IMG/VR virus record: IMGVR_UViG_3300037418_004082
Reading direction: 5' to 3' (one strand)
Origin: a virus
DNA length: 64,000 nucleotides
The notes under the pieces were generated by a model, which saw only the letters and a list, made by a program, of their open reading frames with translations, had not been told where the DNA came from and ran no database searches. A program made the position numbers and the translations under genes. Below, piece by piece: positions 17,463-27,900 of the stretch; within the stretch, counting starts at the first letter, position 1, and every line of letters starts with the position of its first letter.

Positions 17463-18044
17463 ATGAACATGGAAGTCGTCCGCGTCAAGAACTTGCTGGA
17501 CCACAGCCTGATCGCGGCCAACCAGACCATCGGCCCCAAGCAGATCTCGAAGCCCATCTCGAAGCGCGAGTTCCAGAAGTGGTTCGAGAAGGGCGGCCAC
17601 CGGATGTACAACCAGGATCCGGCGAAGAGCAAGTTCCAGATCCTGTACGGCGACGGTCGTGACGACGAGCCCGTGGTCGAGGACCAGGACGAGCTGCAGG
17701 ACGACCAGGCCGGCGACAACGCCCCCGAAGGCGACGTCCACACGACGTCGGGCCCCACCGGCTTCTTCGAGGCCCCCAGCGACGACGAGCAGTTCAAGCT
17801 GCCGGGCGACGATCCGTCGGGCGACCAGGAAGGCCAGGAAGGCGGCTCCGGCGACGAGCAGGAGCAGGAAGACCTGGACGAGCAAGAAGGCGGCGAGAAC
17901 GCCAACGAGGGCGGCCAGGACGAGCAGCAGGAAGATGGCGAGGGCTCCGGCGACGAGCAGGAGCAGCAGGAAGAGGAGGCCCCCGGCGAGCAGCCCGCGC
18001 CTCCCGCCCCGGCCCCCCGCCGCCGCGGCCGCAACGCCAACTAA
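17463..18044 (+). CDS. Protein with long acidic low-complexity tail
   Basis: AAGGAGA SD; E/D/Q/G-rich tract and basic end RRRGRN. Confidence 0.75.
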   Translation: MNMEVVRVKNLLDHSLIAANQTIGPKQISKPISKREFQKWFEKGGHRMYNQDPAKSKFQILYGDGRDDEPVVEDQDELQDDQAGDNAPEGDVHTTSGPTGFFEAPSDDEQFKLPGDDPSGDQEGQEGGSGDEQEQEDLDEQEGGENANEGGQDEQQEDGEGSGDEQEQQEEEAPGEQPAPPAPAPRRRGRNAN

Positions 18045-18060
18045 CCCGGGCAAGCCCAAG

Positions 18061-18095
18061 AGCCGGCCGTCGCACTCGCGGCGGCCGGTTTGTCT
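18061..18095 (+). terminator. Probable terminator
   Basis: AGCCGGCCGTCGC-actc-GCGGCGGCCGGTT followed by TGTCTT. Confidence 0.5.
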
Positions 18096-18109
18096 TGGCC
18101 CCCGCGGCC

Positions 18110-18116
18110 GATAATT
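18110..18116 (+). promoter_or_regulatory. Candidate late promoter GATAATT
   Basis: 19 nt upstream of 18136. Confidence 0.6.
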
Positions 18117-18135
18117 CCTACAGGAGGAGCTGCCC

Positions 18136-18615
18136 ATGGCCACCATGATCGAACGGCTGAAGACGGAGGATCCCCTCCTGTGCGTGACCGCGCCGATGCT
18201 GCGCAAGAAGATCCGCGATCTGCCCCGGTACAACGAGATCGTGAAGCACGAGCTGTCGGACGACGAGCTGGTGCAGGCGATCATCGACGCGATCGCGAGC
18301 TTCAACGGCATGAGCCCCTTCTTCTCCAGCTACTCGTCGGAGGACTTCCCGGACCGCTCGCTGCTGCTCGAAATGAGCATCTGCGAAGCCTACGACCAGC
18401 TCGTGCTGTGGCACGGCCGCCAGGAGCTGAACGTCCAGGACGCCGGCCTGCAGGTGCCGATCCACGAGAACTGGAAGCCCATCGCGGCCATCGTGGACCG
18501 CATCCGGGTGCGCACGGCGGACCGTGCCGCCAAGTTGAAGACGCAGCTTAACGTGCAGCGGGCGTTGGGCGGTGGCGTGAGCAGCCCGCTCTGGCTGGAG
18601 ACCCACTGGCTGTGA
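18136..18615 (+). CDS. Head-tail adaptor (neck) protein
   Basis: Helical 159-aa protein after the capsid gene: ELSDDELVQAIIDAIASFN...QELNVQDAGLQV. Confidence 0.6.
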   Translation: MATMIERLKTEDPLLCVTAPMLRKKIRDLPRYNEIVKHELSDDELVQAIIDAIASFNGMSPFFSSYSSEDFPDRSLLLEMSICEAYDQLVLWHGRQELNVQDAGLQVPIHENWKPIAAIVDRIRVRTADRAAKLKTQLNVQRALGGGVSSPLWLETHWL

Positions 18616-19568
18616 ACACGCTGATCGACCTCGCCACCGACTTCGTCTCGTTCGACCGCGTCGTGCTGCGCTGGAAGTTCCCGCAGCAGGTGATGTTCCC
18701 CGTGCAGTTCGAGCTGTGGCGCAGCGAGAACGCCACGACAGGTTATCAGAAGATCGCGACGCTCGACGACGTCACCTACATCGACAAGGTGGCGCTTCAC
18801 GCGAAGTTCAAACCGATGTACTATCGCGTCACGGCGACGGTGATGGGAACCACGTACGAGTCCGGCGTGGCGTCCTTGATGAACACGCCCGACGAGACCG
18901 TGCTGGCCCTGCAGCGTCGCGAGCGCTTCCTGCTCGCCAAGGAGGCGGGCGTGCCGGCCTACCTGTACACGCGCCGCCGCACCGGCAAGAAGTGCCCCCG
19001 CTGCACGCCGGAGAACCCGAGCATGGGCGAGGCCGGCGTGAACTGCACGCTGTGCTTCGGCGTTGGCATCGAAGGTGGCTTCTATCCGCCGTTGCCGATC
19101 TACTTGTCCAAGCAAACGCTCACGTCAAAGGGCGCGAACCTGATGGAAGGTCGCGTGAACGAGGTCAACTCGTCGAACCTCTGGACGAGCAACTGGTCGA
19201 TCATCAGCCCCGAAGACGTCGTGCGCGAGATGGTTCCGCCCAACACCATCTGGGTGGTCACGGGTGCCCAGCACAGTGACCGCCTGCGCGCTCCCGTGCG
19301 TCAACTGCTGACCGCGAACGAAAGCGACAAGGGATCGCCGCTGTACCGCCTTCCGTTGCCCGACTTCACGTTCCCGGCACGTGCGGACATCTTCCTGTTC
19401 GACCACGAGGGCGAGGACGACTTCGACAGCCTGTTCGGCCGCCTGATCGACGCCTACCTGGAGCACGACCGCCGGCCCTACGCGGCCAACGAGGTGCCCA
19501 CGGAGCTGCCTCCGCCGCCGGAGAAGCCGAAGGGCAAGAAGGACCGCCGCAGCGGGGCGTTCTACTAG
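18612..19568 (+). CDS. Neck/head-closure protein with Zn finger
   Basis: FN3-like N-terminus, RRRTGKKCPRC...CTLCFGVGIEGGFY, stopper-like C-terminal beta domain. Confidence 0.55.
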   Translation: MNTLIDLATDFVSFDRVVLRWKFPQQVMFPVQFELWRSENATTGYQKIATLDDVTYIDKVALHAKFKPMYYRVTATVMGTTYESGVASLMNTPDETVLALQRRERFLLAKEAGVPAYLYTRRRTGKKCPRCTPENPSMGEAGVNCTLCFGVGIEGGFYPPLPIYLSKQTLTSKGANLMEGRVNEVNSSNLWTSNWSIISPEDVVREMVPPNTIWVVTGAQHSDRLRAPVRQLLTANESDKGSPLYRLPLPDFTFPARADIFLFDHEGEDDFDSLFGRLIDAYLEHDRRPYAANEVPTELPPPPEKPKGKKDRRSGAFY

Positions 19569-20323
19569 GGCAAGAGCTGCGGGGGCGCCAGCACGGGCAA
19601 GCCCAAGTTGTCGGTGCCCGGGTCGGTCGCGAAGGTGAAGGTCTCCTTCACCGGCAGGTTGAGCACGTTCTTCATGGGGACGGGCCGCATGTACATGCAG
19701 CTCACGTTCTCCAACGTGAAGGTGCCGTTGACGTTCGCGCCCTTCGAGTAGCCACCGATCATGCAGCGCTCCAGGTACGTGCTGCTGATGAACTCCGCCG
19801 ACTCCGTCATGTCCACCAGGTACAAGCCGAACGGCAGCTCGATGAGGTCGCTCTCCAGGCCCACGAGCTGGAGGCTGACACGCACGTTCGCGAGGTGCGT
19901 GCTTTGCCCCTCGTGCGGCGCGAACGCGTACTGGATCTCCGGGTTGTTGACGGCCCAGCGATAGAGCATGCCCACCAGGTTGGCGCTCCACGAGAGCACG
20001 CGCTGGATGTTGACGCTGTGCACGAAGCGCCCCGGGATGGGACGGTGGTACTTCACGCCCAGCTCCGTGGCCGGCGTGAGCGTGCGCTGGGCGCTCACGC
20101 TGACGTCCTGCAAGAGGCCGATCGGCGTGAGCATGTCGATGCCGTCCGGCTGCTCCAGAATGGTGGCCGCGTTGGGCGGCCCCGACATCAGGAACGTGTG
20201 GATCGGGCTCGCGATCTCCCCGGGGAGGTCGTCGTGGTAGACCGCCTGGTTAAACGAATCCGCGACGTCGTTGCGGACGTCGCGGAAGGCGTTGTAGCGG
20301 AATTGGGCGAACGGGTCCGCCAT
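19565..20323 (-). CDS. Tail tube-like protein, paralog 2
   Basis: PIGLLQDVSVS...PATELG...PGR...IQRV, similar to 20337..21098. Confidence 0.6.
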   Translation of the reverse strand: MADPFAQFRYNAFRDVRNDVADSFNQAVYHDDLPGEIASPIHTFLMSGPPNAATILEQPDGIDMLTPIGLLQDVSVSAQRTLTPATELGVKYHRPIPGRFVHSVNIQRVLSWSANLVGMLYRWAVNNPEIQYAFAPHEGQSTHLANVRVSLQLVGLESDLIELPFGLYLVDMTESAEFISSTYLERCMIGGYSKGANVNGTFTLENVSCMYMRPVPMKNVLNLPVKETFTFATDPGTDNLGLPVLAPPQLLP

Positions 20324-20336
20324 GGTCCCTCCCGCC

Positions 20337-21098
20337 TTACGGCGCGAAGTTGGGGGCGGGGTTGACGATGGTGAACTGGCCCGCCAGCTCGTTGAGGGTG
20401 TCCATGTTGATCTTCAGGCCCACCGCCGGCACCTTGCGGGTGACGAAGAGCTGAACGCCTTCCTGGATGATGGGGCCGCCCGCGTTGAGGGCCTTGCCCG
20501 CGGTCAGGATGTGGCAGCGCTCGTAGTAGTCCTTCGAGATCAGCACGCCGCCCGCGCCGACCGTGACCAGCAGCATGCCGGTCGGCAGGCCGTACAGGTC
20601 GCTCTCCATGCTGTTGAAGTGCGTGGAGGGGACGCTGACGCCCGGCTGGCCGGAGGGCGAGTCGTCGCCCGGCTTGACGCGGAAGTCGATGGGGGTGTTG
20701 GGGAACATCTTGGCGATCCACGCGTACAGCGCGTGGCGCATGTTCGAGTGGAACGTCACGACGCGCGACAGCGAGAGCTGGTAGTTCGCCTGGCCGCGGC
20801 TGGTGCGCTTGAGGCGCGAGCCGATCTCGCCGAAGGGCTGCACGCCGTTCTGCTCGTTGTCGCTGAAGTTCTGCATCGCGCCGATGGGCACGAGGTAGTT
20901 CGCCCACGCGTCCAGGCTGGTCGCGCCCTTCTTGAAGACCGGCGGGCCGCTGAAGATGAAGCTCGTGTCGGCCGACGCCACGAAGTTCGAGTCATCCTCG
21001 AACTGCACGGTCTGGTTGAAGGGATCGACCTTGTTGACGTCGGTGGTGACGTCGTAGAGGCCGTTCACCTGACGGATCAGTTCACTGATCGAAGCCAT
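20337..21098 (-). CDS. Tail tube protein
   Basis: PIGAMQNFS...PFGEIGS...RGQ...LSLSRV; directly downstream of the sheath. Confidence 0.7.
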   Translation of the reverse strand: MASISELIRQVNGLYDVTTDVNKVDPFNQTVQFEDDSNFVASADTSFIFSGPPVFKKGATSLDAWANYLVPIGAMQNFSDNEQNGVQPFGEIGSRLKRTSRGQANYQLSLSRVVTFHSNMRHALYAWIAKMFPNTPIDFRVKPGDDSPSGQPGVSVPSTHFNSMESDLYGLPTGMLLVTVGAGGVLISKDYYERCHILTAGKALNAGGPIIQEGVQLFVTRKVPAVGLKINMDTLNELAGQFTIVNPAPNFAP

Positions 21099-21111
21099 GG
21101 ATCAAGCTCCT

Positions 21112-23031
21112 TTACTGGACGAGCCGCACGCGGGCGCGGATCTTGTTGAGCGGGGTGGGGATGGTGATGTCCGTCACCAGATCGACCGTGTCGGGCTCCA
21201 GATCGTTCTGCTCCAGGCCCACCAGCTTGCCTTCCAGCAGCACGGGGCCGATGAACGGCGTCACGTCCTGCTTGAGCAAGCTGTGGTAGCCGTCCACGAC
21301 GTTGTGGAGCAGCGTCAGCGTCGCCGCGTAGATGTTGTTGGGACCGATCAGCTTGTCCGTGCGCTCCTTGAGGCCCAGGCAGTAGAAGTCGAACGTCGTG
21401 GTGATCGACCACTCCTTGGTCTCGATGGAGCTGGTGTCGGTGGTGGTCTGGTAGTAGACCGTGGGCAGCGCGCCGGCCACGTCCTGCTCCAGGATCAGGC
21501 CGCCGGAACCGGCGATCAGACCGAGCTGATCCTCGTCGAAGTAGTCGTGACCGAAGAACACGGTCTTGATGCCGCTCACCGCGTAGTTGGTGAAGCCCTG
21601 GTGGGGCTTCGAGCCGCAACGCAGACCCGCGAGCGCGGCGGCCGCGTAGAAGCCGGGCACGATCTCGCTGCCGGCGTCGGTCTCGACCTCCACCTGCGCG
21701 TTGGTCACGTAGACCATGCGGCGGGTGCCGAAGCTCTCCGCGATCTCCGCGAGCGCCTGCGCCTGGCCGTCGAGGTCCAGCGCGCGGAACACCTTGATGT
21801 CCACGTCGTCGGTCGCGAAGTCCGCGCTGTAGGCCGCGGTGCTGTCCGCGTTGTACGCGCCGTCGGCGCCCGTGTAGAAGTGGTTGTCCAGCTCCAGCAC
21901 GCCGTTGTTCACGACGTCGGTCACGCGGTAGATCGCCGCGTGCGCGGTGTCAGCCGTGTTGTCGTTCGCGGTGACCACGACGTAGTCGCCGACGAGCACG
22001 GTGCTGCCGAAGGCCGCCAGCGGGTGGCGCACCTGCAAGCTGCCGCCCGTGCGCAGGATCTCGCCGTTGGCGAGCGTGGTCACAACCACGCGCTCCCACG
22101 GGTGCTTGCCCGACACGACGCCGCTGCGGAAGCGGCTCTTGACGGGGGCGGAGAGCTGCAGCACGTGGGTGCGCAGCATCGACGTGATGGCCGCGTTGTC
22201 GGTCAGCAGCACGATCGAGTACGCCGGCTTGTTCGAGATCGAGGCCAGGGCCGCGAGCCAGGCGGAGGGGCTGTCGTCGGTGACACCGACGGCGTAGACC
22301 ACCTCGTTGTTGGCGAGCGCGCACTGCACGCCCAGGGCCAACGGGTTGGCGGCCTGGGAGGTGCCCAGCTTGGCCTTGAAGTCGAGGCCGGTGCACTTGG
22401 TCATGCGGTTCGCGGTGAGCTGGCGCACGGCGGTGTACGACACGTGCACCTCGGCAGAGGCGATGGTCTTGCTCGACGCGGTCAGGCCGGCGGCGATCGT
22501 GATGTCGGACGCGGTGGCCGCGTAGTCGGTGCCGGCGACCAGCGTCTTGTCCGCCATCGCGCGCTCCACCGTGATGGTGCAGTTCGCGAAGGGGAAGTTG
22601 CGGTCGATCTTGATGGTCAGCGCGCCGGTCACCGCGAGCACCTTGGCCGCGTAGGTGACGCCGCTGGCGGTGACCTTCACGGTGTCGCCGGTGGCAACGC
22701 CCGAGGTGGAGAAGTTCGGCGTGGTGGCCGCGGGCAGCGACAGGGTGTCGGCCGACACGGTCACGTTGGTGGCGCCGCCGTCGTACACCGTCGCAACGAC
22801 CTTCTTGAGGACGATGAGGACGGCCGTCAATTTGACGATCGCACCCAGTTCCAAAGAAGGGTAGGCAAGTGCTACACTATTCCCATCGTACGCACCGGCC
22901 GACGCGTCGGAGACCAGTTGCGTGTTCAGGCCCACGACCACCGTGCGCAGCGCGGGCTCCGTCTGGGACGCGGTGGGCGACGGGATCTCCTGGGTGACTT
23001 CGGTCCCGGGCCGATTCATGGATTGCGTCAT
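21112..23031 (-). CDS. Contractile tail sheath protein (639 aa)
   Basis: N-terminal RPGTEVTQE; C-terminal sheath domain FTNYAVSG...LGLIAGSGGLILEQ...PTPLNKIRARV. Confidence 0.8.
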   Translation of the reverse strand: MTQSMNRPGTEVTQEIPSPTASQTEPALRTVVVGLNTQLVSDASAGAYDGNSVALAYPSLELGAIVKLTAVLIVLKKVVATVYDGGATNVTVSADTLSLPAATTPNFSTSGVATGDTVKVTASGVTYAAKVLAVTGALTIKIDRNFPFANCTITVERAMADKTLVAGTDYAATASDITIAAGLTASSKTIASAEVHVSYTAVRQLTANRMTKCTGLDFKAKLGTSQAANPLALGVQCALANNEVVYAVGVTDDSPSAWLAALASISNKPAYSIVLLTDNAAITSMLRTHVLQLSAPVKSRFRSGVVSGKHPWERVVVTTLANGEILRTGGSLQVRHPLAAFGSTVLVGDYVVVTANDNTADTAHAAIYRVTDVVNNGVLELDNHFYTGADGAYNADSTAAYSADFATDDVDIKVFRALDLDGQAQALAEIAESFGTRRMVYVTNAQVEVETDAGSEIVPGFYAAAALAGLRCGSKPHQGFTNYAVSGIKTVFFGHDYFDEDQLGLIAGSGGLILEQDVAGALPTVYYQTTTDTSSIETKEWSITTTFDFYCLGLKERTDKLIGPNNIYAATLTLLHNVVDGYHSLLKQDVTPFIGPVLLEGKLVGLEQNDLEPDTVDLVTDITIPTPLNKIRARVRLVQ

Positions 23032-23061
23032 GGTCTCCTCCGTCAAGTGGCTTTCTGGAGA

Positions 23062-23068
23062 AATTATC
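23062..23068 (-). promoter_or_regulatory. Candidate late promoter GATAATT
   Basis: CGGCTGATAATT on the minus strand, 30 nt upstream of the sheath start. Confidence 0.65.
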
Positions 23069-23112
23069 AGCCGCACCTCTCGACTTCACTAAAACCACGA
23101 GGACCCCGCAGC

Positions 23113-23529
23113 TTGACCGCATCACCTATCGAATCTCACCTGCATCTCATCACCGACGCCGTTACCGCCACCCTGAAAGAAGCCATTGCCATGTGCGACG
23201 GCGCGTTTCGGGAGTGCTGCGTGGCGATCGAGGTATCATTAAAACAGCTCGTGGACGAGCGGAAGCTTTACTGCACGGGCTTCGAGCTGACATTCGACCC
23301 GGACCAGAAGGGCGTCACGTTCAAGGCCACGAGCTACGCCACGACCCCGCCGAAGAACTTCGACTTCGAGGGGATCTGGAAGACCATCTTCATGTTATGC
23401 AACCCCAAGGGGGCGCCCGGCATGAACGGCTTCCTGCGCGTCCGTCGCGCCACCATCGCATTCGATTCGTATCCCACCGTCCAGTACGAGCCCGTGCAGC
23501 ATGAGCAAAAAGCCACTCTCCCGTCCTGA
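23113..23529 (+). CDS. Hypothetical protein (138 aa, TTG start)
   Basis: GAGGA SD; C-terminal part of the 21097..23529 track ORF; overlaps the sigma gene. Confidence 0.5.
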   Translation: MTASPIESHLHLITDAVTATLKEAIAMCDGAFRECCVAIEVSLKQLVDERKLYCTGFELTFDPDQKGVTFKATSYATTPPKNFDFEGIWKTIFMLCNPKGAPGMNGFLRVRRATIAFDSYPTVQYEPVQHEQKATLPS

Positions 23530-24406
23530 AGAGCTGGAGCTGATCCGCCTCGCACAAGCAGGTAACAGCGCCGCCATGGGACGGCTGGTCGAGGCCCACA
23601 AGCCGTTCGTCCAGTGCCTCATGCGTCATACGACGTACCCAGAGTGGATGGACATGGAAGACGTCCTGCAGGAGGGCTGCATCGGCCTGATGGACGGCGT
23701 GCTGACGTTCGACGTCGAGAGCGGCAACCGTTTGCTCACGCACGCCTACTGGAAGATCAAGAAGGCGCTCACCAACCACATGAACAAGATGGGCTACATG
23801 ATGTCCATCCCGTACCTCAAGCTCGTCGAGCTGAAGAAGCACCTCAACAAGCTGGACCGCACACCATACGACGTGACGGAAGCGGAACTGAAGAAGTTCT
23901 CCACGTTCAAAAACTTCCAACTTCTCGCGCTTTCCGTGGGCATGTGCTCGTTCGAAGCGCCCTCCTTCCGACAGTTCACGAACCAGCACGTGATTGACGA
24001 CTCGGAAGACGACAGCGTCACGGGGTCTTTCGTGACAAACGACCACAGCCTCATCTCGCGGTCGCCCGAAGAGCACTTCGTGTCCGGCAGCTTGCACGAC
24101 GACATCCACGACGTCATCGCGAGCCTGCCCGCGATCCAAGGCATCCTGCTCTCGATGTACCTGGGCGTCTACGCCTTCGACGAGAAGCACTCCCTCAAGG
24201 ACCTCGTCGGCCAGCGCGCGGAGGTCGAGGAGAACGGCGAGTTCAACCCCGGCAAGAACGGTTGCGGGGTCATGTTCGGCAAGTCGTATAATACCATTAG
24301 CAAGCTCGTCCGCGGCGCGCTGAAGACCGTGCGAAGCGAGATCGCCATCAGCATGGGTGACGTCCTCGACGATATGGGAATTAAAGCCAATGATTCTGGG
24401 TCCTAA
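23501..24406 (+). CDS. Phage-encoded sigma-70 family RNA polymerase sigma factor
   Basis: Region 1.2/2 motifs ELELIRLAQAGNSAAMGRLVEAH, MEDVLQEGCIGLM, FDVESGNRLLTHAYWKI; region-4-like C-terminus. Confidence 0.85.
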   Translation: MSKKPLSRPEELELIRLAQAGNSAAMGRLVEAHKPFVQCLMRHTTYPEWMDMEDVLQEGCIGLMDGVLTFDVESGNRLLTHAYWKIKKALTNHMNKMGYMMSIPYLKLVELKKHLNKLDRTPYDVTEAELKKFSTFKNFQLLALSVGMCSFEAPSFRQFTNQHVIDDSEDDSVTGSFVTNDHSLISRSPEEHFVSGSLHDDIHDVIASLPAIQGILLSMYLGVYAFDEKHSLKDLVGQRAEVEENGEFNPGKNGCGVMFGKSYNTISKLVRGALKTVRSEIAISMGDVLDDMGIKANDSGS

Positions 24407-24932
24407 CGGTAAGCCCTACCCGCGTCGGCGCCGTCAAACGACGGACGGTTCGCTCGCGATCAAGGACTACACGCGACGCGGCTACATGGGCCTCGTCGAG
24501 ATCAAGGGCATCTGGGACGAGCCGGGTCACGAGAACCACGGCAAGGTTGTCGAGTTCCACCGACAGAACACGATCACCTACGACGCGCGACCGGCCATGG
24601 CACGTGCCATTGCTGGCGACGATGCCGGTCACATCACCACCGTCGCGTGGGGCACCGGCTACGATGGCACCAACGGGCCCGACCGCGAGGATACCGCGCT
24701 CGCGAACCAGGTGATCACCTCCGCGGTGATCCAGCCCGTCACCTACCCCGACGACAACCAGAGCGTCATCTTCAGCAGCCAGCTCGTGCGGGGCGTGGGC
24801 AGCAACTACACCTACAACGAGGTGGGCCTCGTCACCCAGGGCGGACTTCTGTTCGCCCGCTTCGCCTTCCCCGGTCAGTTCAAGTTCCCGCAGCTCCGGC
24901 TGTCGGTGAACTGGCAGATCATCTTCATCTAG
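24390..24932 (+). CDS. Tail collar/fibre-associated protein (DUF3751-like)
   Basis: VAWGTG...DTALANQV...YNEVGL...LFARF. Confidence 0.65.
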   Translation: MILGPNGKPYPRRRRQTTDGSLAIKDYTRRGYMGLVEIKGIWDEPGHENHGKVVEFHRQNTITYDARPAMARAIAGDDAGHITTVAWGTGYDGTNGPDREDTALANQVITSAVIQPVTYPDDNQSVIFSSQLVRGVGSNYTYNEVGLVTQGGLLFARFAFPGQFKFPQLRLSVNWQIIFI

Positions 24933-24942
24933 GGGACCCACC

Positions 24943-27900
24943 ATGCAATACGGCACCTACGGCATCTACGAGGGCGGCGCGGTCACCCTCGACAACGTCC
25001 AGGCGGGCATCCGCGTGGCGCCCGCGATCCTCAAGACGCAGGACGGCCGCAAGATGGGGTTCGGCCAGGACGGCCGCTTCGTGCGCGTCCACTTCCACCA
25101 GGCCGTCGCCGGCTTCGCGTGGGAGTCCAACCGTCCCACCAGCTTCGACGCCCCGGTCTACAGCTTGGAGCTGCCGGATGATGCCGGCTTCGCCTACCTG
25201 GCCTTCGACACCGTCGAGACGACCGACGTCGTGATCATCGGCGCGCCCGCAACCGGCTACGTGATCTTCGGCAAGGTGAGCTGGCCCGCCAACGCGAACA
25301 CCATCGCGGACCTGACACTCGACTTCACGGAGCGCCAAGAGAGCCGCGTGCTTGACGCGTACGACCCGCTGAACGCGACGGAGCTGTACGACGCCGGCAT
25401 GCGTTTCGGCGACGCGCAGTTCAATGGCCCTCTCATCTCTTTCGCCGTGCAGTCGGAAGTGCTGCAGGGCGAGGCCCTCGCGAAGAACTCCGACGCGTTC
25501 GCCTACGTGGTCGTCAAGCCGACCGACGTCGTCAACGTCAACACGACGCTGACCATCGAGCCGATCCGCGTGGTGTTGCGCAAGGTCGTTGACGACCTGC
25601 CGCTCTTCCGCGCCATCCGCACGAAAGCGCCTTTCGTCTTCACGTTCGACGTGACCGGGATTCCCGGCCAACGCATCTACGTCTGGGTGGACACCACGAC
25701 GGGCGAAGTGTTCGCCGACACGCTGTACACGCCGGCCCCCGACATCGGCACCGTGCTCGTGGCCTACGGTGACGTGCCGTTCGGCGCGACCACGCTGGCG
25801 GACGTGCACTTCATCTTGGCGTCCGAGGTCGCGGAGTCGTCGGCCCAGGCCGGCACGAGCATCGTGATCCAGGACCTGACCAAGCCGGCCGGCTTCGTGA
25901 AGCCGTTCGTCGCCACTCCCAGCAGCACGATCCAGAAGGCGCTCCTGCTGGAAGACAACGTGGCCGTGGTGCGTGGCGTCGAGTACCGCTGCCCGCAGAC
26001 CCAGGTCCTCTTGCCCGACGCGGGCTTGACGGTGGGCCGCCTCGACCTCGTGTTCGCGGAGTTCTACCGCACGGTCGAGCCCGCGCCGCCGACCGATGGC
26101 AGCTTCTACCTGCACGTGCCCGGCGTGGGCTACGTCGTGGCGCGCATGCGCTATACCATCGCGGCCAACGTGAGCTACGCCGACGCCAACGACCTCCTGC
26201 TCGACGCGGCCGTGACGGCCATCGGCGGGGGTAACTTCGTGCGTCGTCCCGGCGGCGAGTTCGCGAGCCCGTTCCTGCTGGCCCACGAGACGGAGAGCTA
26301 CGCGCTGCCCGTCGCGCTGGTGTACCGCTACAGCCAGAAGCCCTTCGCCTACGACGCGATCGACGGCGGCGGCACCGGTCCCGGCAACGTGCCGACCCGG
26401 CCCGACGGCAAGCGCCACAACTTCCTCCACCGCGACGAGCTGGAGGTGGTGGCGCCGGTGCAGATGCCGGCGAACGTGCCGGCGGTCCTGGGCGCGGCCC
26501 TGGGCGCCATCCTGAAGGGCCAGCACCCCAACAAGCTGGGTGCCGCGCCCCAGGTGGTCGGCTACCACTCCGCGCGCCCCTTGCAGGTGGACGCCATCGC
26601 GCCCGCGGCCATGGGCGACGCGCACGTGCTCTCCGCGCCCGACGGCGTCCGCCGCGAGTGGACCGCCGACCCGCAGCCGTACTGGCTGGGCACCACCTTC
26701 GAGGCGGACCTCGACGGCGTGAGCACGTTCCACAACTACGAGGATGGCGCCAAGGCGCTGACGCTCAACGCGCCGCAGGACGCCCGTCTGTACCTGGGCG
26801 GCGTGGGCGGCGATCAGCCCGTGGCCGCGCTGGTCTGGGTGGACACCGGCGCGCCGGTGGTGCTGACCGGCCCCTGGGCGGTGGGCCTGGACCAGAAGTC
26901 CGCCTCCGCCACCCTGGACACCGCCGACGCGAACTACGACGCCTCCGGCACGGTGAGCCTCTCGTTCGCGGTGATCCAGGACGCGATCCACTACCCGTCG
27001 GAGACGCCGGCCCAGCTCCTGCTCGCCAAGCTGAACGGCAGCGACTACATGCTCGCGACGCCCGATCCGCGGCCGGTGGCCCTGACGTCGGCCACGGCCA
27101 CGCTGGAGCCGGTGGGCGGTCAGAACCGCGGCAGCGCGCTCTCGATCGTGGTCACCGTCACCGGCGTGGGCACGAGCCAGGTGGTCGTGCCGGCCGTGAT
27201 CGACAGCCACCTCGTGCTGGGCGTGCGCTCCGCGAGCAAGGCGGCCGACGCGAGCCCGCTGGGCATCAAGACCGTCGAGTTGGGCTCGCCCGACCTCGCC
27301 GTGACCTTCACCAGCGCGATCGCCAACGGCGAGGACGTGAACCTGGAGCTGGTGCTCGCCGGCCGCTTCGCGAACGTTCGCCCGCAGAACCGTCACCTGG
27401 GCGACTTCGCCACGGCCGGCTTCTTCACGGCGTCCATTGACGGCGGTCAGGCCGTCGTGCGCGTCGCACTTCCGCACAACCACGTGTTGCGCAGCGTGCT
27501 CGGCTTCACGCACCAGGCGGCCGGTCCGCTGGTGTACGGCGTGTACGTCGATGGCTACTTGTACCCCTGCACGCCGTCGGGCTTCGATCGCAACCTCGTC
27601 ACGCTGGCGCTCGCGCTCTCGCTCGCGGACTACGCGACCTTGCCGCTCGCGCAACAGGCGAAGTGGACGCTCGACGTCGGCGGCACGTTCTACACCCTGG
27701 CGGCCGGCACGTACCAGATCGCGTTGCCGCTCACGTGGAGCGACGCGCTCGCCACGACCGACACGTTCGTCGTGGGCTACAGCTACGACGGCCTGCCGTT
27801 CAGCCCGGCCCCTGTGGGCGAGACCTTCGAGATCCTGGCCCGCGGTTACGTGCTCGCGACCGACTCCAGCATCGCGAACCACGGCACGCACTACACGTCG

